Position numbers and translations under genes: made by a program. A stretch of DNA of 59,787 bases, the filler included. It is 5 parts of 5 records of this genome, joined end to end, with 100 filler letters (N's around TTAATTAATTAA, not from the genome) between each part and the next. Parts side by side here need not be neighbours in the genome. Positions count along the whole stretch, not along the records: positions 1 to 11,610 come from DRR723986_27141; positions 11,711 to 18,170 come from DRR723986_27166; positions 18,271 to 26,402 come from DRR723986_27199; 2 more parts are not named here. The stretch is one strand, 5' to 3'. The notes under the pieces are model-generated. The model had not been told where the DNA came from, did not search any database, and saw only the letters and a list, made by a program, of their open reading frames with translations. Below are positions 9,310-18,528 of this stretch, piece by piece. Position 1 is the stretch's first letter. The number at the start of each line of letters is the position of its first letter.

Positions 9310-9927
9310 TTAAAACGAGGAAATGACAACGTCCTTAAACGTGCAATTACTTATTGTTGCGGTCTCACTTGTGTTTAAGACTCCAGACAGAGTTGTAGTC
9401 ATCGTTCCTGAGACTAGCTGCAACTGCACTCCGCCACCGTCGGCTTTAGTATGAATGTCTGTGATCGTTACGCTGCCGCTGATGGATGTGAACTGTTTAA
9501 TTCCAGACTCAGCTGTTAATCGCGCGGCGGCCTGCAGTTCACTTGTTTGCACGACACTTTGGTCTTGAATCTGATAACTCTTGCCTATTTCAATGTTGTC
9601 CAAGCTCCTGAACAACATCAACTGTACAACAAAGGGCTGAGTGTTCGAGCTGGCGGAAAACTGCGTTTGCACACCGTAGTCTGTTCCGACAGCCTGCGTA
9701 GCCGTAAATTCTGTGGCTGTGTTTTGGTCAATTGCAATCGACGCTTGCAGTTCACCGCGGCATTCCTCGGTGCCTGGGTTTTGTGTGCCACTGTTATTGT
9801 CATCGCTGCTATCATCATCACATGCAGACGTGAGCGTCAGCGCACAAAAAGCCACCAGTAAAACCGAAAAAGAAAACCATCTGTTTTGACGGCATGGTTG
9901 AGCCGAATCTGCGATTATGGTAGGCAT
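9310..9927 (-). CDS. Putative lipoprotein of unknown function
   Basis: Hydrophobic stretch ending LTLTSA-C, followed by an acidic DDDSSDD linker. GGAG precedes ATG 9927. Confidence 0.7.
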   Translation of the reverse strand: MPTIIADSAQPCRQNRWFSFSVLLVAFCALTLTSACDDDSSDDNNSGTQNPGTEECRGELQASIAIDQNTATEFTATQAVGTDYGVQTQFSASSNTQPFVVQLMLFRSLDNIEIGKSYQIQDQSVVQTSELQAAARLTAESGIKQFTSISGSVTITDIHTKADGGGVQLQLVSGTMTTTLSGVLNTSETATISNCTFKDVVISSF

Positions 9928-10122
9928 ACCAACTCCTGGCAATTCATGAGATACGTGCAGAGAAAAGTCTTGCTGGATTGGAAGCCAAATTAAATGTACC
10001 TACCTGCAAGCGAAATGCACATTTTGGCAAACTGTGACATAAATGTGCTATCTTTTACAGGCGATGATTGAACAGGTTCCGAGACTCGGCACATAATCCC
10101 TAAACTCTGCAAACCCTTACAT

Positions 10123-11607
10123 ATGAAAGCATTAGAGCTACTGGCGGGACTTGAAAAGCGCGAACTGACCGACTTTGAGGCTGTGATAAAAAAGCGCGGC
10201 AGAGCAAGCCTACATGCCCTGCTATCCTATCTGCAACGGCGGCGCAGTTCGAACAAAGAACTCTCCAAGTCAAAGATGTACAAAGCCGCGTTTGGTAAGT
10301 CTTACTCCAGCGCCAAAGACTATCTGCTGCGCAATGAACTACGCCTGTTGAGTGATGCACTTCAGCAGTTTCTGGTCCAGCGGGAATTTGAGCTGGAGAG
10401 TCGCAAAGATGTACAGCTGTTTAATTTGTGGCTCCTGAAAAGTCTTAAACGTCGCGGTGTTATACGGCAGTTTGAACAGACGTATTTACAGGAGCGCAAC
10501 GATGAATCACTGCTGCAGCGCCCTGAAATTGCCATGCAGATGAGTGAAATCTATTTCCGGCATTTGCGGCTTGCAGCACCACTTAATCCGGAGGTAGCAG
10601 ATGAGTTATTCAGCGAAATCGAGCGCAGTTATCAAAGTGGCTCGCGAGCATTTGTGCGTTATTATCGCGCGGCCCAGATGCAACAGGCGGCACTCATTAA
10701 TGAGTTAAAAAGCACTGGCCACACAGTTCCTGCTGTTGAGTTTCGGGACTCAATTGATCTGGAAGATCAACATGTTAATGATGACTATTCGCTGGCAATG
10801 TACTACAGCCGGCTGGCCTTGGAGGCCCGGGGCGTTGAGCGCGTCAGCATCGTGCAACGCGCCTATGAACATTTGGAGCGCAGCCATGTGCCACACATCG
10901 ATCACAACCGACAGAAAATGAGTCTGCTGAGTTTTCTGGCATTGGAGACCTTCAAGAAAGCTGATCTTGAGACTTCAACAAGGTATAATGAACGTTTCCT
11001 GGAAATTGCGAATGAGGCCGGGTTACCACTCCACGGGGCCTTTTTGTTTAACTACTTCAACAATCTTATTGCGCGGCGTCGGTTCCGCGAAGCGGTTGAT
11101 CTGTTCGAAGAGAACCGGGACAGCGATCGGATTTCGCCAAGTCGCCTGGCCATGTTCCAGTGCAAGGTCGGGATGTGTTATATAATTCTGGGTGATGCGG
11201 AGCGCGGACTTGAGTTTCTGGAGTTTGACTCTGTCCAGCATGATGCGGCGGCAAGAGTTACTTTCCGCTACATTCAGATTGGAGCTAGTTATCTGTTTAA
11301 TGATTTTGAAGGTGCTTTGCGCGCGAGTCGCAACCTTAGCAAGGTGATTCGCCTCAAAGGCGGTCAGGACGCGAAGTCGGTTTTTTACCTTTCACTGTTG
11401 CGTTTGACGGCAGCCTTTTTTGAGGTGAAACTGGAAGTAGGCAGCGCACGCACGCGCAAGTTAAAAAAGGTAGCTGACCAGGTTGAGGTGTTCAGTGCTG
11501 AGCATAGGATGGAGGCACTGTTGCATTTGTCGCTCATGTGGCTGATGGGTGTGAGTCTTGGGGCTGGTGAGGGTCTGAAACCCCATAAGCTGTTAGCCAC
11601 AGGCTAA
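10123..11607 (+). CDS. Uncharacterised 494-aa helical/TPR-like protein with a basic N-terminal domain
   Basis: Long ORF with a K/R-rich N-terminal region (LSKSKMYKAAFGKSY...LRNELRLL) and TPR-like amphipathic helices in the C-terminal part. Confidence 0.75.
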   Translation: MKALELLAGLEKRELTDFEAVIKKRGRASLHALLSYLQRRRSSNKELSKSKMYKAAFGKSYSSAKDYLLRNELRLLSDALQQFLVQREFELESRKDVQLFNLWLLKSLKRRGVIRQFEQTYLQERNDESLLQRPEIAMQMSEIYFRHLRLAAPLNPEVADELFSEIERSYQSGSRAFVRYYRAAQMQQAALINELKSTGHTVPAVEFRDSIDLEDQHVNDDYSLAMYYSRLALEARGVERVSIVQRAYEHLERSHVPHIDHNRQKMSLLSFLALETFKKADLETSTRYNERFLEIANEAGLPLHGAFLFNYFNNLIARRRFREAVDLFEENRDSDRISPSRLAMFQCKVGMCYIILGDAERGLEFLEFDSVQHDAAARVTFRYIQIGASYLFNDFEGALRASRNLSKVIRLKGGQDAKSVFYLSLLRLTAAFFEVKLEVGSARTRKLKKVADQVEVFSAEHRMEALLHLSLMWLMGVSLGAGEGLKPHKLLATG

Positions 11608-11610
11608 CAG
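11588..11610. repeat. Short palindrome AGCTGTTAGCC-N3-GGCTAACAG (truncated at contig end)
   Basis: Same arms as the hairpin at 31471-31499. It overlaps the stop codon of the 10123-11607 gene. Confidence 0.6.
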
Positions 11611-11710
11611 NNNNNNNNNNNNNNNNNNNNNNNNNNNNNNNNNNNNNNNNNNNNTTAATTAATTAANNNNNNNNNNNNNNNNNNNNNNNNNNNNNNNNNN
11701 NNNNNNNNNN
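11611..11710. other. Artificial contig linker (N44-TTAATTAATTAA-N44)
   Basis: 100-bp N spacer carrying a six-frame stop cassette. Confidence 0.99.
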
Positions 11711-12450
11711 CGGCCCGGGCCGGCGATGATGGCGCTTTTGGGCAAACGTACGTTGTCGAACAACACCTGGCCGTGGCCGTAGGGCTCGTCGTAGGCACCA
11801 AAGACCGGCAGCATGCGCTCGATGGTGATGCCCGGGGCATCCAGCGGCACCAGCACCATGGAGTGTCGGCGGTGCTTTTGGGCATCCGGGTCGGTTACAC
11901 CCATGAAGATGCCCACTTTGCAGTCTGGGTGGCCAATGCCGGTGCTCCACCATTTGCGGCCGTTGAGCACCACTTCGTCACCTTCTACGGTGGCGGTGGC
12001 TTCCATGTTGGTGGCATCGGAAGAGGCAACCGCCGGTTCGGTCATGCAGAAGGCGGAGCGGATTTCGCCGCTCAGCAGTTTCGGCAGCCATTCGGCTTTC
12101 TGTTCTTCGGAGCCGTAGTGGATCAGTACTTCCATGTTGCCGGTATCCGGCGCGTTGCAGTTGAAGATTTCCGGGGCGATGAAGCTGCGACCGGTTTCTT
12201 CGGCAATCAGGGCGTAATCGGAGTTGAGCAGGCCACAGCCGTACTTGTCGTCAGGAAAGAACATGTTCCACAGGCCCTGGGCCTTGGCTTTTTCTTTCAG
12301 TTCTTTGATGATCGGCAGCACCACCCAGCGGTTTTCCTGAGAAGCAAGCTCCTTGTGATACTGCTCCTCAATGGGAAAAATCTCGTCGCGCATGAACTGT
12401 TTCACGCGCTTCAGGTAATCCTGGCCTTTCTCGGAAATATTGAAATCCAT
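11711..12450 (-). CDS. Acyl-CoA dehydrogenase family protein (3' end cut by contig edge)
   Basis: FNCNAPDTGNMEVL, SAFCMTEPAVASSDATN and LNGRKWW motifs of the ACAD10/11-like subfamily. Confidence 0.92.
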
Positions 12451-12594
12451 GCTGCAGCTCCTCGCGCTGGCCGCCCTGTCGGGGGCAATGTCGATCAGAT
12501 GGGAATTAGTCTAGGAGCCAACGCATTATTACGCGACTGAATTGTTCTTATCGTTTATCATTAACCATGCTTATTCAGAAAACGGAACCTCATC

Positions 12595-13497
12595 ATGGCG
12601 CTGAATAGACCGGACCTGAACCTGCTGCATGTTTTCGACACTATCTATCGGGAAGGAAGCCTGACGCGGGCCGCAAAGGCTCTGCATCTGACCCAGCCTG
12701 CCATCAGTCATTCCCTGGCTCGGCTTCGGGATCATTTCAATGATCCGCTGTTTACCCGCCAGGGTAACCAGATGGTGCCCACCCCCCTGGCCCGACGGTT
12801 TCTGGAATCCATGCGCCCGGGGTTGAACCAGATCCAGAGTGCAGTGAATCAGTTTCACGCCTTCGACCCCGCCAGCCAGCGTAAAACCTACGCTCTCGGC
12901 CTTCGGGATGTTCTGGAATCCACCTTTCTGCCTCAACTGATTTCAAAACTCGCGCCCTATCCGGACATGGAGGTGCAGAGTCAACGGGTGGCAAGACGAG
13001 ACATGGAAACGCAACTGGCCGCAGGCAAGCTGGACTTTGCCATTGATGTGTTACTGCCGGTGAGCAACCAGACCAGCCATGAACTGCTGAGGCAGGACCG
13101 ACTGGTGGTCTTGGCGCGAAAGGGTCACCCGGTTATCGCGCAAGGGCTGGATATGGCAAGCTATCTGGAGGCCCGGCACATTCTGGTGTCGTCACGAGCC
13201 GAGGGCCCGGGTATTGAGGATTTCGAGCTCTCCCGCCACGGCGCCCAGCGCACTATTCGCCTACGCTGCCAGCACTACTACGCGGCCTGCCGGGTGGTGG
13301 AGAGCTCAGACCTGTTACTGACGATGCCGGAAACCTACGCCCGGATCATTGCCCAGAACACCGACATCGAAGTGCTGGCGCCGCCGGTGGAGATGCCGTC
13401 GATTGATGTGCATCTGTATTGGCACAAGGCCTATGAACAGGAACCGGCGCTGGTGTGGTTTCGGAACTTGCTGCGCAACCTGCAAAAGGCTCAATAG
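12595..13497 (+). CDS. LysR-family transcriptional regulator
   Basis: N-terminal HTH DLNLLHVFDTIYREGSLTRAAKALHLTQPAISHSLARLR; divergent from the acyl-CoA dehydrogenase gene. Confidence 0.95.
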   Translation: MALNRPDLNLLHVFDTIYREGSLTRAAKALHLTQPAISHSLARLRDHFNDPLFTRQGNQMVPTPLARRFLESMRPGLNQIQSAVNQFHAFDPASQRKTYALGLRDVLESTFLPQLISKLAPYPDMEVQSQRVARRDMETQLAAGKLDFAIDVLLPVSNQTSHELLRQDRLVVLARKGHPVIAQGLDMASYLEARHILVSSRAEGPGIEDFELSRHGAQRTIRLRCQHYYAACRVVESSDLLLTMPETYARIIAQNTDIEVLAPPVEMPSIDVHLYWHKAYEQEPALVWFRNLLRNLQKAQ

Positions 13498-13847
13498 GCT
13501 CCGACCAGCATCAGAAAGCCGAAGAAGCCAGCCGCGGTAATCGCCAGAGATACCGCCACGATACCGAAGCCCCACCAGATAGCCGCACCATCGGCAATGT
13601 CGACACCATGACCGCGCAGGGTGCGATAGAACGCCCATGGACCAAGCACGAACGCGCCCACCACGGCAAACACCAGGCCGATGGCGATTCCGGCAAAGGT
13701 CCAGGTAGCCAGTACAGTCGCGCGGTCCGAGGTCTGGTCGGTCACGCCATGATGTTGCAGAAACTTCTTGCAGAAGAACCAGACCAGGGCAAACAGGGCA
13801 GCCACAAAGACCAGGCCGCCAATCAGGGTAATCAGGCGATAGAGCAC
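13491..13847 (-). CDS. Small hypothetical membrane protein (~3 TM helices)
   Basis: 118-aa ORF with three hydrophobic segments; AGGA upstream of the GTG start. Confidence 0.7.
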   Translation of the reverse strand: MLYRLITLIGGLVFVAALFALVWFFCKKFLQHHGVTDQTSDRATVLATWTFAGIAIGLVFAVVGAFVLGPWAFYRTLRGHGVDIADGAAIWWGFGIVAVSLAITAAGFFGFLMLVGAY

Positions 13848-13870
13848 AGAAACATCCTGTTAAGAGTCAA

Positions 13871-14635
13871 TCAGTCGGGAAACACCGGCTCCGGCAGACA
13901 TTCGAATCCCGGTTTGGCGAACAGGTAGCCCTGGTAAAGGGCAATCCCTTGAGAACGAAACCAGAAGTATTCTTCCGGCGTTTCCACGCCCTCCGCCACA
14001 ATTCGGCCGCCAAGCTGGCGCATCATGGTGATGATACCTGAGACCACTGCCTGCTTGTTAGGTTCCGCATGAATGTTGCGAACCAGCCCCATATCCAGCT
14101 TCAGCAAATCCGGCGGGCTCGAGATCATCAGGTTGTAGCGGGAGTAACCGGCACCGAAATCATCAATGGCGGTGCTGAACCCCATGCTCTTGTAGGCCTC
14201 GATGATGGAGGTTAGGTGATCAACCGAGGTCATCTCCTCACCCTCTACCACCTCGAAGATGATCTTCCGGGTGTCGAAATCATAGGTCTTGGCGGCCGCC
14301 AGCGTGGTGCGAATGCAATATTCTGCCTGATAGACCGCGTTGGGCATGAAGTTGATGCTCAACATGGCCTTCATATCAAGCCGCGACGCCAGCTTCACCG
14401 CCTTGACCCGGCATATCTGGTCGAACGCGTACTGGTTCTGGCTATTCACCTTATCCAGCACAGTCATGGCCCCTTGCCCTTCGGTTCCGCGCACCAGCGC
14501 CTCGTATGCAAACACCGTTTTATTGGTGGCATCAACAATAGGCTGGAAGGCAAAGCTGAACGAAAAATCCAGGCCATTACCACAGGCGCACTCGTCGCAA
14601 TGGGATTCATCAAAAAGAACAGAGGGTCTACCCAC
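13871..14635 (-). CDS. Stand-alone EAL-domain c-di-GMP phosphodiesterase
   Basis: FQPIV, YEALVR, SINF, IDDFGAGYS, KLD, AEGVET and QGYLF motifs. Probable GTG start at 14635 after GGAG. Confidence 0.9.
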   Translation of the reverse strand: MGRPSVLFDESHCDECACGNGLDFSFSFAFQPIVDATNKTVFAYEALVRGTEGQGAMTVLDKVNSQNQYAFDQICRVKAVKLASRLDMKAMLSINFMPNAVYQAEYCIRTTLAAAKTYDFDTRKIIFEVVEGEEMTSVDHLTSIIEAYKSMGFSTAIDDFGAGYSRYNLMISSPPDLLKLDMGLVRNIHAEPNKQAVVSGIITMMRQLGGRIVAEGVETPEEYFWFRSQGIALYQGYLFAKPGFECLPEPVFPD

Positions 14636-14839
14636 AGAAGCTCCAGAGCGGCTCGCTCGAAATGAATTCGGGTGGAACTGTAAAAGAATCAATCACATTC
14701 AACTATAGACACCATCCGCAATCGGGTAAAACGAAAACTCGTTATACCACCCATAGTCGGGTGGCATCTGCCGGCTGCGGGTCTACACTGGTTTTGGTGT
14801 ATTTAATCAGTCAAGTCGCTCTTGCAAGGAGGTTCATGG

Positions 14840-15994
14840 ATGGCCCAGACCACCCGTATTGCAGTAACACCCGGAGATGGTATCGGCCCGGAAGTGGTCG
14901 CGGAAGCCGTGCGCTGCCTGGAGACACTGCGATCCAGGCACAGCCTGCCACTGGAATGGACCCGTTTTCCATGGCCTTCTCACGCCTGGCATGAAGAACA
15001 CGGCGAATCCTGGCCCGCAGATGCCCTTGAGCAGCTCAAGGCCTACGACGCCATATTGCTGGGCGCGCTGGGAGATCCGGGCCCCATGCACGACCCGGAG
15101 CGCTATCTGTTACCGGACAGCATTTCGCTCGCGCCCCTGCTGGACATGCGAAAAGGCTTTGACCAGTGGGTGTGTGAACGCCCGGCACGACTGCTCCCCG
15201 GCGCTCGCCAGTACCTGAAAGATGACCGCGCCAAGGACATCGATATGCTGGTGATTCGCGAGAACAGCGAGGGTGAGTACGTCAGTCAGGGTGGCCGGCT
15301 GCGCCCGGGATCGCCCGACGAAGTGGCCACCCAGATGGAGGTGTTCACCCGCCGGGCCACTGAGCGGATTATCCGGTACGGCTTTGAACAGGCTCGTAAA
15401 CGGGCCGGAGAACGTATTCAGCAAGGCCGCACTCGCAGTTTCCGGACACTGGATGGAAAGACCTGCGAAAGCCAGGTCTGCCTGATCACCAAGCGCAATG
15501 CCCTGCGCTACTGGGGTGACATGTATACCGAAGTGTTTGAGGAAATCAGCCGGGAATTCCCGGATGTAGCCACCCATCACGAACTGGTGGATGCCGCCTG
15601 CATGAAATTTGTCTCCAGCCCCTGGGCCTTTGACGTAGTCGTAGCCAGCAACCTCCAGGGCGATATTCTGACCGATCTGGCCGCCGTGATCTCGGGGGGC
15701 ATGGGGGTAGCTCCGTCCTGCAACCTGAACCCGACCGACCCGGACATGCCCTCCATGTTTGAACCCACCCACGGTAGCGCGCCGGATATCGCCGGCCAGG
15801 GCATCGCTGATCCAACCGCCATGCTGTTTACCACCGCCCGCATGCTGGACTGGCTAGGCCGTAAAGACCCGTTGCTGGCCCAGGCCGGGCAGGAACTGTT
15901 TGATGCGGTGGCCGCGGATCTCGCAGAGAAAGGCTCTGAACAACGCAGCACCCGGGAAATCGGGGATGCTATTTGTAAACGCCTTGGGGCCTGA
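14840..15994 (+). CDS. Isocitrate/isopropylmalate dehydrogenase family protein (tartrate/D-malate dehydrogenase-like)
   Basis: PGDGIGPEV, IRENSEGEY, ASNLQGDILTDL and MFEPTHGSAPDIAGQGIADP motifs; AGGAGG upstream. Confidence 0.88.
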   Translation: MAQTTRIAVTPGDGIGPEVVAEAVRCLETLRSRHSLPLEWTRFPWPSHAWHEEHGESWPADALEQLKAYDAILLGALGDPGPMHDPERYLLPDSISLAPLLDMRKGFDQWVCERPARLLPGARQYLKDDRAKDIDMLVIRENSEGEYVSQGGRLRPGSPDEVATQMEVFTRRATERIIRYGFEQARKRAGERIQQGRTRSFRTLDGKTCESQVCLITKRNALRYWGDMYTEVFEEISREFPDVATHHELVDAACMKFVSSPWAFDVVVASNLQGDILTDLAAVISGGMGVAPSCNLNPTDPDMPSMFEPTHGSAPDIAGQGIADPTAMLFTTARMLDWLGRKDPLLAQAGQELFDAVAADLAEKGSEQRSTREIGDAICKRLGA

Positions 15995-16037
15995 CTAGGC
16001 TGCAAAAGAGGTATTCCATTCACTTCGGGAGGTGTCC

Positions 16038-17297
16038 ATGACCGACCACAAAGGTAAACTGTCCCCCCTGCTCAAGCAGGCTACCGGCATCACCGCGGCC
16101 AAAGGCGAAGGTGCCTATATCATTGACCCTGAAGGTCGCCGTTACCTGGACTTTACATCCGGCATTGGTGTCACCAGTACCGGGCACTGTCACCCGAAAG
16201 TGGTGGAAGCCGCCCAGAAACAGGTAGCCACCATGATCCATGCCCAGGCCACCACAGTCATGAACCCGAGACTACCTGAACTGGCAGAAAAACTCGGCGC
16301 CGTGACCCCGGATCCGCTGAATGCCTTTTTCTTTTCCAATGCCGGCACCGAAGTTGCCGAAGGTGCCATCCGCCTGGTGCGCCAGGCCACCGGTCGCCCC
16401 AATGTGATCGTATTCCATGGCGGCTTTCATGGTCGCACCATGGGCTCACTGTCCATGACCACCTCCAGCGTGGGCCTGCGAGCCGGTGTCAGCCCGATGA
16501 TGGGGGGTGTGGTCGTCGCGCCATTCCCCCACGCCTTCCATTACGGCTGGAGCCTGGATGAGGCCACGGACTTCTGCCTGAGAGAGTTGGATCGCATCTT
16601 CGTGACCTATTCCGCCCCCAAGGAAACCGCGGCCATGCTGATTGAGCCGGTTCAGGGCGAGGGTGGCTATGTGCCGGCCAACGCTCGTTTTATGCAGGGG
16701 TTGCGGGAGCGCTGCGACAAGCACGGCATCATGCTGGTGTTTGACGAAGTACAGGCCGGGTTCGGCCGCAGCGGCAAGTTCTGGGCCCACGAACACTTCG
16801 GGGTAACACCCGACGCCATCATGATCGCCAAAGGCCTGGCCAGCGGCTTCCCCATTTCTGCTCTGGCGGCTTCAGAAGAAACCATGGCCAAGGGCTGGCC
16901 GGGTTCTCAGGGCGGCACCTATGGCGGCAACGCTGTAGCGGCGGCTGCCGCCATAGCAACCATCGACGTGATTCAGGAAGAGGGCCTGGTGCAGAACGCC
17001 GATGCGATGGGCAAACGCCTGTGGGACAACCTGCACAGTTTGAAAAAGGACTACCCGGAAATGGCAGATGTCCGGGGCAAAGGCCTGATGGTTGGCGTGG
17101 AGATGCGCCGCGGAGACTGCCCGGACGGAGAACGCGCCGGCAAGATCCTGAAAGAATGTGAAAAGCGGGGGCTGCTGATGCTGCGGTGTGGCCCATACCA
17201 GGAGATAGTACGCTGGCTGCCGCCGCTGATCGTCAACCAGCACCAGATTGACGAAGCCACCGGCATCTTCGAAGAGGCACTGAAAGCCACGGCCTGA
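16038..17297 (+). CDS. Class III PLP aminotransferase (4-aminobutyrate aminotransferase-like)
   Basis: YLDFTSGI, FHGRT, EPVQGEGG, DEVQAGFGRSG, AKGLASGFP (PLP Lys) and GGTYGGN motifs; GGAGG before ATG 16038. Confidence 0.92.
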   Translation: MTDHKGKLSPLLKQATGITAAKGEGAYIIDPEGRRYLDFTSGIGVTSTGHCHPKVVEAAQKQVATMIHAQATTVMNPRLPELAEKLGAVTPDPLNAFFFSNAGTEVAEGAIRLVRQATGRPNVIVFHGGFHGRTMGSLSMTTSSVGLRAGVSPMMGGVVVAPFPHAFHYGWSLDEATDFCLRELDRIFVTYSAPKETAAMLIEPVQGEGGYVPANARFMQGLRERCDKHGIMLVFDEVQAGFGRSGKFWAHEHFGVTPDAIMIAKGLASGFPISALAASEETMAKGWPGSQGGTYGGNAVAAAAAIATIDVIQEEGLVQNADAMGKRLWDNLHSLKKDYPEMADVRGKGLMVGVEMRRGDCPDGERAGKILKECEKRGLLMLRCGPYQEIVRWLPPLIVNQHQIDEATGIFEEALKATA

Positions 17298-17322
17298 GCC
17301 ATAGGCCGGTACCAGCAAGCAG

Positions 17323-17359
17323 AAAGGCCGGGAGGAACGTCATCCACCCGGCCTTTTTT
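17323..17359. terminator. Bidirectional intrinsic terminator
   Basis: AAAGGCCGGG...CCCGGCCTTTTTT between convergent genes. Confidence 0.8.
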
Positions 17360-17390
17360 GCTTCCACTCACCGCAAGGCAGGATCTGGCC

Positions 17391-17957
17391 TTACTGATCC
17401 GCCATCACAAACTCCAGTCGTCCCGGGGCTACCCGCACATCCATCGGTACCATCCCGAACATGCGCTGGGCGAAATCGGTTTCATCCAGACGATACACCG
17501 GCATGGTTTCCAGCATCTGAGCCACCGCTCGCATGACATTGTCGGTGATGGGTGCCAGATCCCCTTTGAAGAAGGGCGAGTCAATCGAGCTCTCCAGCAA
17601 CTGCAAGCGGCGGATATACACCGCTTTCTCCTGGCGGTCGTATACCGGCGCGCCCTCCACTTTCAAAGCGAGGTCCACGGGTAACTTGGCCATCAACGCA
17701 TTCAGGGCTACCTGTCCACGCAGGTCGATCACCGCTACGTCCCGACCATCAGGTCCAAGGGTAATATCCGCGTCATCCAGGCTGAGACTGAGAGGCGACC
17801 CACTCTGCAGCTGTTTTCGATCAAACTCCGCCACCACATCCTTCAGGTGACCCTCAATCTCACCCTCGGAGATGGCGTAGGGCGAAAGGCTTGCGCAGCC
17901 GCTAGCCGTCAGCACAACGAACAGAGACAGCAGCCAGGCTTTGGCGTGATTCAACAT
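17391..17957 (-). CDS. DUF1439 (YceB-like) lipoprotein
   Basis: Lipobox ASG-C; YAISEGEI start of the mature protein; PVYRLD near the C-terminus. Start moved to ATG 17957. Confidence 0.75.
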   Translation of the reverse strand: MLNHAKAWLLSLFVVLTASGCASLSPYAISEGEIEGHLKDVVAEFDRKQLQSGSPLSLSLDDADITLGPDGRDVAVIDLRGQVALNALMAKLPVDLALKVEGAPVYDRQEKAVYIRRLQLLESSIDSPFFKGDLAPITDNVMRAVAQMLETMPVYRLDETDFAQRMFGMVPMDVRVAPGRLEFVMADQ

Positions 17958-18046
17958 GATTGGATTCCCTGCAAATTGGTCGGCTTTTATCCTGCGCCAG
18001 AGCGCCCTGCACCGCAACTGACTGGCATTAACGATTGGTCATGCGC

Positions 18047-18169
18047 TTACTCATTTTCTGGGCGGGCATCCACGCTGACGACTCGCCCCTCTTCCAACTG
18101 GACAGTCAGAACAATGGGCTGACAGCACACCTGGCAGTCCTCGACATATTCCTGCTCAGGCACGGTCGG
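18047..18169 (-). CDS. CPXCG-motif cysteine-rich small protein (5' end cut by contig edge; not in the ORF track)
   Basis: Manual translation gives PTVPEQEYVEDCQVCCQPIVLTVQLEEGRVVSVDARPENE*. The YVEDCQVCCxP signature is characteristic of the family. Confidence 0.85.
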   Translation of the reverse strand, partial: PTVPEQEYVEDCQVCCQPIVLTVQLEEGRVVSVDARPENE

Positions 18170-18170
18170 G

Positions 18171-18270
18171 NNNNNNNNNNNNNNNNNNNNNNNNNNNNNN
18201 NNNNNNNNNNNNNNTTAATTAATTAANNNNNNNNNNNNNNNNNNNNNNNNNNNNNNNNNNNNNNNNNNNN
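18171..18270. other. Artificial contig linker
   Basis: N44-TTAATTAATTAA-N44. Confidence 0.99.
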
Positions 18271-18389
18271 TTCGAGACAGCGCTTCGCGCTTCCTCAGGA
18301 CGAGGACTGTGTGTGGCACAATCAGGCGGCCTTACAACACATTCAACCTCATCCTGAGGAGCGCGTTTGTGCGCGTCTCGAAGGATGGG
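18271..18389. repeat. Inverted pair of alphaproteobacterial REP-like palindromic repeats
   Basis: TTCGAGAC-hairpin-TCCTCAGGACGAGG (18271-18305) and CCTCATCCTGAGGA-hairpin-GTCTCGAAGGATGGG (18347-18389). Confidence 0.8.
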
Positions 18390-18528
18390 CTGCAAGTCTG
18401 TTGTCGGAGATATATTATTCTAAATCGGAATGACCCTATTGCCAATTAATCTGATTTTCGCCTCTAACAGGCGGAATTTTCATACGCTATAGAATGAACA
18501 GATCATCTTTCTCGTAAGGACCCGGAAC

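Noticed and set aside
11655..11666. TTAATTAATTAA palindrome recurring four times
   Set aside because: Synthetic six-frame stop linker inside N runs. ORF-track entries ending in X...LIN are artefacts of it.
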